NCBI GenBank assembly: GCA_021613535.1
Contig: CP075497.1
Location: 3,906,001 to 3,970,000 of the forward strand
Direction of reading: 5' to 3'
Length of the DNA stretch: 64,000 nucleotides
From: Adineta vaga
Lineage: Eukaryota > Animalia > Rotifera
A model generated the notes under the pieces. The model had not been told where the DNA came from. It saw nothing but the letters and a program-made list of their open reading frames with translations, and did no database searches. The position numbers and the translations under genes are program-made. This document shows positions 51,772 through 64,000 of the stretch, piece by piece. The stretch's first letter is position 1; each line of letters begins with the position of its first letter.

Positions 51772-54488
51772 TCATTCAGTATTATTTTTAAAAGATGGAA
51801 CTGGAGAATAAGCAAATCTTTTCACTTGGGGTATGTCTGGATCAGGAGTATCGAGTCTACTATTGAAATAGTCAGCATCTTCGTCACTCTAAAAATCAAT
51901 AAATAAGAAAAAACAAAAAAACGGAACTAATTTATATTACATGTTCTTGATCATATGTAAGATCTTCTTGTGAAGAGTAATCGTTTTGAGATTGAATTCG
52001 TAATTCAGTTACATGATCTGAATTTGCTAGATTAGACATCTATGAAAAGAAAATCGACATGTTCTATCACCCAGTTTTCGAATGAAATAGAGAAATGAAT
52101 CTTGATTGTATTCATACCCATGGATCGTCGAGTTCTGTCAAAAGATGCAATGTATTTACTATGATGAGAAAAACAGAATGAAATCTTGTCAATAAAAACC
52201 AAACTAACAATCAGTAACTGTCATAGAATCTGCATAATATATCCAATGATCTCGACCAGTCAATGATATTGAACTCGGATTATAGTCATTTGATTGCATA
52301 TGTCGAAGTCGAATAAAAATTCGATGTTCATGATATTTCGGTTCATTCGGAACTGTAAACTGTAGTAGACACTAAAGATACAATAGAAGAATAGCTGCTG
52401 TTTGAAATCATATGAAAATATCTAGAATCTTTGACGATTTTATTTGAAATACTTACTGGACAATCGATAACATATTCAGCTTGAACACAAATATGTGGAT
52501 TTTTGAATAATTCAACAAGTCGTTCGTCACTGATTGTATTCCAGAATGGTATGAAAACTAATTCGAATTGAAAAGGACATACATGATAATCTGTTTTTGC
52601 TTGATTGAAATCATAATTGCAATAGACATAAGCAGGATCTTTGGCTTTTAACTCATGTTTAGGTTGAACAATACGCATAATACGTAATGTTTCAAATGCT
52701 TTACTATTTCGTAATGGTGGATGCAATGTTTCAGCTAATAAAATATCATTTTCCCCATAAGCAGCAGCATAAAGTCGAACATGTTCTTGACTAAAAGTTT
52801 CTCTTTCGTTTTCAGCAAATAAAAAAAGCTGTTTGACACGTTTTTCTTCTATAAATACAGAGAAAAGAAAAGACTGATTTTAAAAGACTAAATATTCATT
52901 ATTTTGTAACTTACTATGAATTTTAAGACGTTTCATAACTTCGCTATTGCTTATTTCGAAATTATTATCAAGATCATCCAATTCATTAAATGGTAAATAT
53001 CGAAGAATATTTTGATTTTTTCGACGATCTTTCATAAATTGTGGATAATCTGTGCTTTTCGTTACTAGAATAGCTAATGTACCGTTATCTTTAGAATCAC
53101 TATTAATGAAAAAGAAACGAAGATATTTTTCAATAAAATGATCTTTAATAATAAACACTTACGAGTTTGCTAAATTCGCTTGAAAATCCTCCTGTTCAAA
53201 ACATGATCTGACATAATTTGCGTTATTAATTGAATTGAATAATTTTGGTCTATACCATAAATACAAATATCTTATAGTAAAATTCTTTTTTCAATTACGT
53301 GAATTTTAATTCTGGACCATAAACATCCGCTACGATGATACCAGATGAATGACTTAAACAATAAACTTTTTCTCTCGCTGTATTTCGTGCTGATGCTCCA
53401 TTTTGTTTCGCCGTTCTTGATTTTAACTTAAAAAAAACCGAAAACAAAATATTTCCTATCAGCAAGATTTCATATCATTTACTTTACAAATCCAACGAAT
53501 AGCATGGTAATCCATTCGTGCAGGAATCATGTTACTAATTAGACAAAGAACAATTCTATACGATGGTAATCTAGCATTATTTCCACAACGTAACTATATT
53601 TTGCAAATGGAATCGATGAAATTGAAGTTTTAGAAGTAAATAGATCAATTACCGTCATTTCACAATGAAATGCACCTTCACGTTTTTCTGCATCATATCT
53701 AAACAGGATTAAATTTTTTATTAGAATACAGATTAAGTTTTGTTACCTGAAACGTGTCAAAGTATTTTTTGATGTCCATGGATTTGATATAAGTTTTGGT
53801 AGAAGCTGAAAACAAGAAAAATATCAATGAAGAGAAAGTAAAGAAAATTAACGTACAATAGGTCGACCATTATTACATGGATAAATGAACGGATTTTCGC
53901 TGTTCAAACAACGAAAATTCAGATAGAGTTCGTGAAAATCTAAAATCTCATTTTTTGATAAAGAGAAAACTTTGAATTAAATATTTATTATAACCTTGAA
54001 CTTCTTCATTTCTATTAATATTATTATCGATTGCTTGACAATATCTTTTCAAATCATCATTGTTAAAATCTCGTAAACGTTTCAATTCTAAATATAATGA
54101 AATTTCATAACTAATTTGTTGTGAACGTTCGACTTCGAATGGATAATGCAGGGAAGATTGAACATTTCGTCGAAGTGTGTAAGGATGTGGATAAGATGTA
54201 TCATTGTGTTTATAATACGCTTCAAATTCAAATTCAAGTATCGTATCGCTCTAAATAATCTATTTGACATTTCGATACAAAAATATTATCTAGATGATTC
54301 ACTTGAATGAAAAATGTTCTTGTTTCTTTCGTTATAAATTGAAATACAGCAGTTGGAGTAGAATCACTCGATTCCGATAGACGGCCATGAACAAGACTAT
54401 AAAGTCAATTTATTGTTATAAGTTTACACACAATGCAAACCAATTACCTTATTTCCAGTTGAGAAAGACTATTTAAAAATTGATCCAT
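51772..54488 (-). CDS. Highly divergent Rel-homology-domain (NF-kB/Rel-like) transcription factor, no ankyrin repeats
   Basis: Spliced product shows colinear RHD motifs: PKLISNP..TRFR|YDAE, RIVLCLISNMIPARMDYHAI, TLAILVTK, HVRLYAAAY..HPPLRNSKAFETLRIMRI and LQFTVP..IFIRLR. About 13-14 exons with consistent phases where checked; acidic C-terminal tail. Confidence 0.65.
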
Positions 54489-54698
54489 TCTCTTCGATCG
54501 TATATTAAGAAGAAAGCATTTATTGTGGTGTCTTACTTGAATACAATGTTATTTCACGTTTGAAATGCTTATTGAAAAAGTGACTTTCGTATTCCTTTAA
54601 ATACAAGTGCATGAGGTATTGACGTATTGACACATCTATTTTTCAAATCTTACATTGTTCTCCGATAGTTTAAAGCCAAACATCTGAAGAGAATATAT

Positions 54699-54728
54699 TT
54701 TGTTGTTGTTGTTGTTGTTGTTGTTGTT
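54699..54728. repeat. (TTG)n microsatellite
   Basis: Direct reading of about 10 TTG units. Confidence 0.85.
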
Positions 54729-57700
54729 CGTTCTCTACTTCCTTTTTATAAAAACGAAAACTACTCCTATCACATCTTTATTATTTATCTCTCTCTCTCT
54801 CTCCTCTACATACGTATACATTTTTATGAAGGCATCGATGAAAAGAATAGAAAAAAAAGTAGACATTTTGAAAGAAAGAAAGAAAAAAACATGATCTGTG
54901 ATTTTTGTTGTTTACCGACTTTCTGAAAAAATTATTGCAACCAAAGTGATTTAAATCATAACGAGAAACCATACATATTCATGTTGGCTTCACCTTTACA
55001 ACAAAAACAGGTAAAAAGTCATGCATAATTATAATTAAGTAGATTAGAGCAACAGATAAAGCAAAAGGTGTGACTTTCAACTGATTTCTTTCGCTACGAG
55101 AGTGGGACGGGAGAGATAAACAGAGAAGGAGTGAGAAACCCTTTTACTAGATGCTCTTTATGGATCGTGCTTTGTACTATTTGTGATATTTAATTTATGA
55201 GACAAGAATCTTATTTTATTTGAATTTATTTTCTCATTTCAGTTTACCAGACACAACATACAAGGAGCAACCAAACAGAATCATTTTCACCCTCAAAAAA
55301 AAAAGAAAAACAATTACTACAACAGCAGAAATAAGAATAATGAATTTTAATATTAGAAATGATAAAATAAATCTTTTTTATCTTTTATTAAACATTTTTA
55401 ATTCTATCTTAGATTTGTTCTCTGAATATTGTTGTTTATAATTATATATATAAATCTTTAACAAAAGATATAACTAGCTTATTAAATGTCGTATTTCATC
55501 ATGGAATGAAACTATAATTTACCTTTAATTTTTTGTTTACTTGATATACATATTAAAACGATATATTCGATATTAAAAATCTTTTCAAAATTCTTATATT
55601 GATAATGAATAAATCATATCACTTGTTTTTTATTATGATGATTATATGTAATTATAAAAACATTATGCAAAATAGTAAAGGTAACAATATTATTGATTTT
55701 TTTTTCGTATAAGTCAACTATGTTTTGATCCTATCAGTCATTAGTCATCGATAACGAGTTGAATCTTAAGGTTAAAAGGATGATGTAATGATTATATACG
55801 CTTGTTTTTTAAATGATGATTTTGTAAAATATGGGCAACTACTTACCGCGAAGTATTTTTGGATATCAGAGATAAGAAATAATCGATTTCTTGAACAAGA
55901 TCATTGTCGTTATTGTAATTGATATTGTTGCCGTAGCATCTATTGTCTTGCATGTGATCATTACCACTAATAATTGGCGTAATCGTCGCCCAGGACGGTC
56001 ATTCTATCTTCTGGAAACGACGAGAAAAGTCGCTTATTTTCAATCGAATTCCGACTGTATTCTGTCACAAGTCATACATTTATCTACACTGTAAAAAGAA
56101 TGGTACCACAAGAAACTATCAAAAGTTTTAAACAGTTTTTCGAGCCATGAGAAAAAAGAAGGTTTCAAATATTCAAAAAGGTTCTATCTAGGATCTTTTC
56201 CTGTCTTTCAAAGATGAAAACATATAAAGTGCACTAGAATGGTAAGAAAAAAACGTATCGATCATTGTCATAAATTGTAAAGAGAAAAGAACGATCCTGA
56301 AACAAAAAAATCAAGCATGCTACTACAGCAGATTCTCTCGGACTCTAGGTTCCTAAAGGATCTGTAGAATACGAGAGGATCTACTTTTCCTCCTTGATTT
56401 TTTACTATATCTATAGACTAACATTGTACTAAACATGAGAACGTTTCAAAATCATGTATTACATAATGAAAATGATGATCAAGATTTGAATATAACTTTG
56501 AGATAACAATAAGACAAATGTTGAATTCTACTGTAAAATAGTTGATCTTCCTTTTTCTTTACTTATTCTATTATTGTTGTACACTTTGTGTCATGACAAA
56601 TTTTATTTGTTTTGCAATAAGAATACATTTTTTTTTCTACAAGATTTCTCGATTATCATCGATGGTCTCTTTCATCAATTTCATTTTGTTTAGTTTCTCT
56701 TGCATCCCCGTTTGTTATGTTCACTGATGATTGGAGCTGTGAACAAACAAATAGAAGACATTTTTTTTTGGAAAGAAAATTTTTCTCTTACTGTGTTGTT
56801 TGCTGTTGATAACATTTCATATACTTCTAATACAACAGAATGTGAACATCGATCAGAATAATCTGATAAAATGATTTACTTTGATCGACATTTATGGGAT
56901 CAAATGGTTCGTTGTTATAACGACACTCTGTTCTGTTATTTTGAAAACTCATTACCAAAAACCTACTTCAGATCGATAAGATTATTATTTAAAAACTCAC
57001 AACTAAGTCTAGCTTATAAATGATGAATAATTTCAATATACATATAGAATGTATGAGAAAACGATAAGAATCTTTCTTCAAGTTCAAAATAGACCATCTT
57101 TTTTTTTATAGAAAACAAACTTACATTTGATAAAATTACTGTTTTTCAATATAGACGTTGTGTTTTTATTCTTTACTAGCACGTAACTCTATGGATATAT
57201 ATATATAGATACAAATGCTATTAACTACTTACCACATTTCTGATATTTACCAACACTTAAACTTATTATGTCATATCGTGGTGGCAATGACTTCCGTTAG
57301 TCAAACGTAGGTCTAGGTCATGATTAAGATTGATCAAAATTCAAGACACGCCCACAATGTAACATTATAATCATGGTAGATATTAGATTATTTATCTTCG
57401 CCATTCAATAACTCATCAGAATACTATTTAACTGGAAAGAGTACGAAATCAGACGTAGAAAAAAAAGAGAAGACACGTTTTTCAAGGTATATTTAAAGGA
57501 AGTCATGAGAAAAAAAGATTAATTTTAGATAATTATTTTACAATTGACATTTTGTATCATATTACATTTTCCAAGTTTTAATTAAAATTCAATTTGATTC
57601 AGATCATTTTACTTCAAAATAACCATTTTGATGAAGATATATTTCTATTCATGACTTATACGTCATTAAACTACAATGAAAAAGTTTCGTATCCTATTTT

Positions 57701-58391
57701 GTCAATTAAAATACCGCCTCTGTATAACTTTATTCAAGATCATGTCGAACATTTTATGATATTATTAACAACATTGTGCAAGTTTTCAGTTGATCGCATA
57801 GTGGGCAAGTCATGCCGTGTCATAAATACGTCACTATTAGTCAAATAATTTGAATATATACACTTAGTGGTACTTCATCTCTCTTCGTCTGAAAATATTT
57901 GATGTGTTTAACACTAAGATATTTATTTTTTATTCTAAAAAGAAACAACACTCGTAACATTAGTTTTTCGTTTTAAAAACGTTCGAGAAGAAAGAAAAAT
58001 ATTTGATGTGTTTATCAATAGATATCTACATGAGAACGGAAAGAACTAAACTATCTAGGAGAAAAAAAAATGTTAATTAAACAAATAAAAAAAGAAGAGA
58101 CATGATGATGCAGATCTGACTTTTGAATATAGAATAAGTGAAGAAAAAAAAAACTTTTTTTTAAAAAATGTACAAAATTCATGACACAAATATTGGAATG
58201 TGAAAATGAATCAAAACAAGAAAGAAGAAAAGTATCTGATTGATAGATATATAATAAACAGAGAAGATAAGCATGATCATTCTTGAGCAATTCATAGAGA
58301 TAAATATATATCTGACGATGAGCAAAAAGAACGAAACCCATAACCAAAATTTATAAAAAAAAAAGAAGAGAAACAATTAAATTGCTAAGAT

Positions 58392-59047
58392 CTAACCATT
58401 TGTACGTGGCCATGAATCGAGTCCATAGAAGAAACCAAGCATCAATGCAACACCACAAATGACACTCGTAATGCATAAAGCTAAAGCTCGTTTATTTAAT
58501 TTACGTGATTCATCAAGAAAACCATCCTTGCATTTCACTTGTGCTTTACGAGCAAGACCAAATGCGATTATACCTAGATGAAAAACAAAAGAAATGAAAT
58601 GCAATAAGAATAATCAAGATTTAATTTACCTGTTGGTGGAAAAAGAAAAATACATAGAGTAGCAAACCAACGCCAATCACTAGGACGTTTAGGTAGTTGT
58701 GGATCGAATTTTTTTCGACGTTCAACCACCGTTGCCGTACTTGATACATTTGAAATACCCGATGATAAAGTTCGAATAGTAAATGTACTCGAATACAATG
58801 GATTAGTTGGTCTTACTTGAGGATATTCTAAAGAAATACAATGGAATTTTATCGAATTATCAATATTGTTTATTTTACCACTATAAGTTAATTTTGATGT
58901 ACGTGAACCAACCGATTTTGAACCAACAGATTTTGTATCAATATCACTGGGTGCTGCAGAATATGGTCGAGCAATATGTGATACTGGCGAGCCGAGATAA
59001 TCGAGTTTGATCGTATTTTCTGATACGCTACTCGTAATCGACGACAT
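58392..59047 (-). CDS. CD225/dispanin family membrane protein (PRRT1/TMEM233-like)
   Basis: PSDWRWFATLCIFLFPPTG|IIAFGLARKAQ..G..ESRKL.KRALALCITSVICG is a CD225 pattern. Ser-rich N-terminus; 2 introns. Confidence 0.8.
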
Positions 59048-59356
59048 CGCTTCTTCTACTTTTCAATCAAACACACCTGATTGATATATGATGTGGTTTG
59101 GTTTGTTGTTGTTTTTTGTCGCTTGACGTTATTCTTCTCTCGTGCAAACATTTCATCCAATCATTGTTTTATATTTAACCTCACAATTGATAAATAGAAC
59201 AAAATGCATTACTGTGTTAGAATTTTATGCATGTTTATTGGTTATTTTCAGCGAAGAAAAGCGGAATAATAATAATCATGTCATGGCGTTGAATTTAATT
59301 TTCGTGTAGAAAAAAAGCTCTAAACTAATAAAAATTTCATAGAAATAAGTTTCTTT

Positions 59357-60570
59357 ATGAGTAAAGAACATTTAGAAAATGGAGTATCTCCTTTGAAACC
59401 AACGGCAACTAGTTCAACATCATGTCCGTTTCTTATCACCGATTGTGATGATGATGATGATGATGATTCCAATTCGAATAAAGCAGCAATAACTAGTAGT
59501 AATTCTACTGGTGGTACTCCATCTAAAAGACGATTTGGTTATTCACGACAAGAAAAAAGTTTAGGAACATTAACACGTCGATTTATGTCATTATTGAGAC
59601 AATCAAAAACGGGTGTTATGGATTTAAAACATGTAAGTAATGTGATTTATTTGAAAATAGTTATGCTATCTATTCTTAGAAATGAATAATTGTCATATTA
59701 AAACATTCAATTTTCTATTACAGGTTGCAGATTGTCTTGCGACGAAACAAAAACGACGAATATATGATATTACCAATGTACTGGAAGGTATTGGTCTTAT
59801 TGAAAAGCAATCAAAGAATATGATAAAATGGAAGTATGTTGAAGAATTAGTTTGAAGAAAGAATATTGTTTTATTGTTGAATTTGATTTGAAGAGGTGCT
59901 ATATCCGGTGATAATACCATTGAAGCTTATGAACGACTTCATCGAGCTCAAGCTCAATTACAAGAATTGGAAGATGAATCAACATTTTGGACAGAAAAAC
60001 TTCGTCTTATTGAACGTAGTATTTCAAATACATTGGATGATATTACATTAAAAGAGTAAATCAATGGATTTTAGAAAATTTTCATGTAGATTATATTTTT
60101 TTATTGAAGTGTATTGTATTTGACAAAAGATGATCTATGTCAAGCAATGGATGATGAAGTTATTGTTGTAGCCGAAGGTATAAATGGAACTATGATGAAA
60201 ATCAATGAACTACATGTAAGGAAAATTTTATTCTAATAGAAATGAATCTAAAATATAAATGTATCATAGAATGGTGAAAAGATATCTCAGCAATTTCATC
60301 TTCAAACTCGTCATTATCCAGTTAATTTAAAAGTTTTAAATCGTCAATCACAAGCAGCAGCATCGAATACTACAAATTCTGATCAAAGTATATCACAACT
60401 ATCTCTCATAAACTTTTATATAAGAAAATAAAATCTATCTTTTAGTATCCATAGATCCGTTCATTGCACTGGGTGAAATGGCTCAACCAGATGATTACTA
60501 TTCTATCATGGACGATACCATAGGTGTCTGTGATTTGTATGATATTGATGATACGACGTCAGTGTCATAG
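59357..60570 (+). CDS. E2F: E2F transcription factor (E2F4/5-like)
   Basis: [18 protein letters not shown]|[30 protein letters not shown]-binding domain, and C-terminal pocket-protein-binding motif [15 protein letters not shown]. Confidence 0.92.
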
Positions 60571-61320
60571 GTTGTTTTTTTTAAACATATGTATATCAGA
60601 AATAATTTATTTGTAAAAAGATTTTTGTTCAGTTTAAAATTTTTTCAAAACTTTGTTTGCTTTTTGTGTTTATATGTATTAAGTTATTAGCCTGTCAGAC
60701 AGTTTATTTGAATAAAAATCTTCGTAGAAACAAAATATAAGAATCAAGAAATGACAACACACTTTAAATCAATGATAAAGTTATAAAAAAAGCAATAAAA
60801 TATCTTTTATAAGAATTAAATTTTACCTTGATGCAACTTCATTGAAAATGCTTCAATAAATTGACGATATTCAATAGCTAGCGACCTCTATGAAGTTTCT
60901 CTTAGCGACGAGCTTTCTGTGCATCGGCTGGTGTTTTATTCGCATGCGTTATAACAAGGTTTGTAAACAGAGTAAACATCGAGTCAGTTGGTTGATTATT
61001 TGATTCGTTCGTTCTTGTCTATACGATAAAATCTTCGATCGATATTTTATACGTTTATTTCTTCTCTATGTAATATGTTTAATAAAAAAAAAGAGGGCTT
61101 ATTTTGATAGGATCATTTATTTATCTATCAAAATGAAATTTTTTTTATTTGTTTTTTTTTATTTTTTTTTCAGTTGTCCCTTCGTTCTCGTTCGTCGTCT
61201 TGTCCCTTTTGCGATGGTCGTCGTCGTTGTTCGTCAATATTCGTTAACGTCTTTTCTTCGTACAATCGTCTCGTCTCGTTCATCAATGTATTTTCTTCAA
61301 CAAATTCTTAATCACTACTA

Positions 61321-63710
61321 ATGAATACTCCAGGAAATTTACCAACAACATCACCAATATCTTCATCACCTTCGTCAGCTGCTGTCCCAACAACAAATCT
61401 TGATAAACATGAACCCGATCCAGATGCTATTAAGATGTTTTGTGGACAAATTCCACGTAATATGCATGAAGCAGAATTACGTGATATGTTTGAACAGTTT
61501 GGTCCTGTCTTTCAATTGAATGTTTTACGTGACAAACAAACTGGTGAATCCAAAGGTTGTTGCTTTGTTACGTTCTATTCTCGAAAATCAGCATTAGATG
61601 CACAAAATGCTTTACATAATCTACGTACATTGAATGGAAGTCATCATCCAATACAAATGAAACCTGCCGATACAGAAAATCGAAATGGTAAAGAGAAAAT
61701 AGAGTTCGTTTTTAGTGATGATTATTGATTTTGTTTTTGTTAGAACGGAAATTATTCGTTGGAATGGTCTCAAAAAGTTTTGATGAACCAAATATTCGTG
61801 GACTTTTTCAATCATATGGAATGATCGAAGATTGTACAGTATTACGAGATGCTAATGGCAAAAGTCGAGGTAATGATAAATACAAAAATCAAATTGTTTG
61901 ATCATTCAAAAGATTCTCTTCTTGGTTAGGATGCGCTTTTGTAACTTTTCAAAAACGACAATGTGCTTTGAATGCAATTAAATCCATGCATCAATCTCAA
62001 ACAATGGAGGTAAAAATTTCATTTTCTTCATTTGTTCTTAACTGTTGTTGTTGTTGTTTTATGTTATTTATTAGGGTTGTTCATCTCCTTTGGTAGTGAA
62101 ATTTGCTGATACACCTAAAGATAAAGAAACAAAAAAGATTCAACAACAATTTACTACTCATAACAATGGTTTAATGCAACAGTTTCCTCCTGGAGCTTCA
62201 ATGGTAATACTTTCATTTTCTTATTTTGAATTGTTTCAAAAATTTCCTTATTACTTATAGCCTAATCCTCAACATATGAACACGTATAATTTCTTACCTG
62301 AGATAGGTAATTTAGTATTCCTACAACAATTATTTAAAAATTATGGTTTTCTTGGAAATAATGGCTCTGGTAAATGATGATTTATTTGTAAGAAAATTTT
62401 CATTCGTTTATTTGTAGCAATAAATTTTGCGGCACTGAATAATCTTTTACAAATGTTTTCGAACAATATGAATTTAAATGGAAATAAACCATCACTACTA
62501 CCACCTCCAGCTCCTGGTACTACATCAAATATGAATTTAAGTTCACAACATGGTAGTAATCAATCATTGAATGTTCAAGAGCAACAACAACAACAACAAC
62601 AACAACAACATTCTCTCAATTCACCTCGAGCACCTTCGGCTAGTACTAATAATGGTACTTATAATAATGAAACTTCATTACTTATGTGTGGAGCAGGTGC
62701 ATACAATAGTGGTGGACCAAGTCCTAATAGTACAACTGGCCCATCAGCAACTCATCATAATCAAAATGGTAGTTTAACATCCTCAGTTGCTTCACCTGGA
62801 AATAATCCATACCAACATGCACTGCCATCACTCTATACTAATACTGGCAATCCATTAACTAATGGTGGTGCAGGTATGAAAATTAAATCAGTTTATTAAA
62901 AAGAATTTCTATGGTTTAGATGCTCATCAAAATTTACAAAATCTTGTTGCCATGTCACAAGTAAATAATGGAGGTAACCTTTTTTGATTTCAGTCATTAC
63001 CATTCATTATTGTACAATATTCCAAAGGTCTCTTACCGACAAATATGCATCCAAGTCCAACTACCAATTCAACAACTGCACCACAAGGTAAAATAAATTT
63101 TCATAACATTCAGATCAAATTAATCTTCACTATTATTTATTTCTAGGTTCGTTTCCTGTTTTTTCTTCACCATCTTATATAACTTCTCAAGTAGCTGGAA
63201 AACATACTGAAGGTGGATTGGAATTCTTATCTTTGTTTAAAAAATCATTCATGTTCTCGTTTTGTTTAGGTCCTGATGGTGCCAATCTATTTATTTACCA
63301 TCTTCCGCAAGAATACAGTGATACAGACTTAGCACAAGCTTTCGCACCTTATGGACCAATCGTCTCAGCTAAAGTATTCGTTGATAAAACAACAAATCGA
63401 AGTAAATGTTTTGGTAAGGTCAATGATTTAACATTATTTTAATATATTCAAATTTATTCCGTTCTTTTTTTCTAAAGGTTTTGTTAGTTTTGATAATCCA
63501 TCATCGGCTCAAGCAGCTATTAATCAAATGAATGGATTTCAAATCGGGATGAAACGACTTAAAGTTCAATTGAAAAAACTTCGAAATGATACAAACAATA
63601 CCAATAACAACAATAGTTCAAGTCCAAATCAAACTCAGACGGCAGCTAGTAATAGTCCTAACAATCATAATGGAAATTCACCCACAACATCAAAAAAATC
63701 GACTTATTAA
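61321..63710 (+). CDS. CELF: CELF/Bruno (CUGBP Elav-like) RNA-binding protein with 3 RRMs
   Basis: [37 protein letters not shown]2 [29 protein letters not shown], and RRM3 [42 protein letters not shown]. Confidence 0.95.
62582..62608 (+). repeat. (CAA)9 coding polyglutamine tract in the CELF linker
   Basis: Direct reading; encodes Q9. Confidence 0.9.
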
Positions 63711-64000
63711 ATAAGCCAAATATTTAAAAGAGAAAACAAAAATAAATCAATTAGACATAGCATTCTCGTACATTTCAGATTTCTTTCTTTCGCTTCATCT
63801 TCTATTATTAAGACGACCTATTTTTGGCTCCTATTTATAATACATATATACTCTTGGCTCATACGAGTTTTTTCGTCTTCTTCTTCGTCTCTATATTATT
63901 TCTCTTCATGTCTTTTGTCATGTATTTTGCATCATTCATTTCTTTGTTTTTGTTAATTTATTCCTTGTCATTACGTTGATTGAGAGAAGGTATATCATCA

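Noticed and set aside
55846-57330. Possible small spliced gene on the minus strand (exon-like pieces ~57280-57232, ~56862-56792, ~56735-56655)
   Set aside because: No convincing start codon or domain and early stops; insufficient support without transcripts.
1-64000. CRISPR arrays, rRNA/tRNA genes, intact transposase or reverse transcriptase ORFs
   Set aside because: None recognisable by eye; the window is intron-rich eukaryotic DNA. A covariance-model scan would be needed to exclude small RNAs.

Overview
AT-rich eukaryotic (animal) genomic DNA with many ~50-60-nt GT-AG introns. The intron style, the B-box gene family and the intron-bearing non-metazoan genes suggest a bdelloid rotifer; this is inferred, not proven. 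All gene models were spliced by eye, so boundaries need RNA support. The left half is gene-sparse and looks neural: a GPI-type 3-Ig adhesion gene, a shortened Dscam-like gene, a B-box/lamin-tail fusion, two neuronal calcium sensor paralogs and a LIM-only microprotein. At 31-37 kb is a head-to-head allophanate hydrolase + urea carboxylase pair (the urea amidolyase pathway). It is probably horizontally acquired; each gene has one spliceosomal intron and both are now disrupted. The right half is gene-dense: MRPS18C-like, a multi-pass membrane gene, KIN17, a BRAP-like coiled-coil fragment, a bacterial-type GT2, pescadillo, a highly divergent NF-kB/Rel-homology gene, a CD225/dispanin gene, E2F and CELF/Bruno. 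Three intronless single-pass membrane genes, plus a truncated copy of one, appear to form a family I cannot name. Several same-strand genes lie only ~80-160 bp apart with unpaired splice acceptors, suggesting SL trans-spliced operon-like units.
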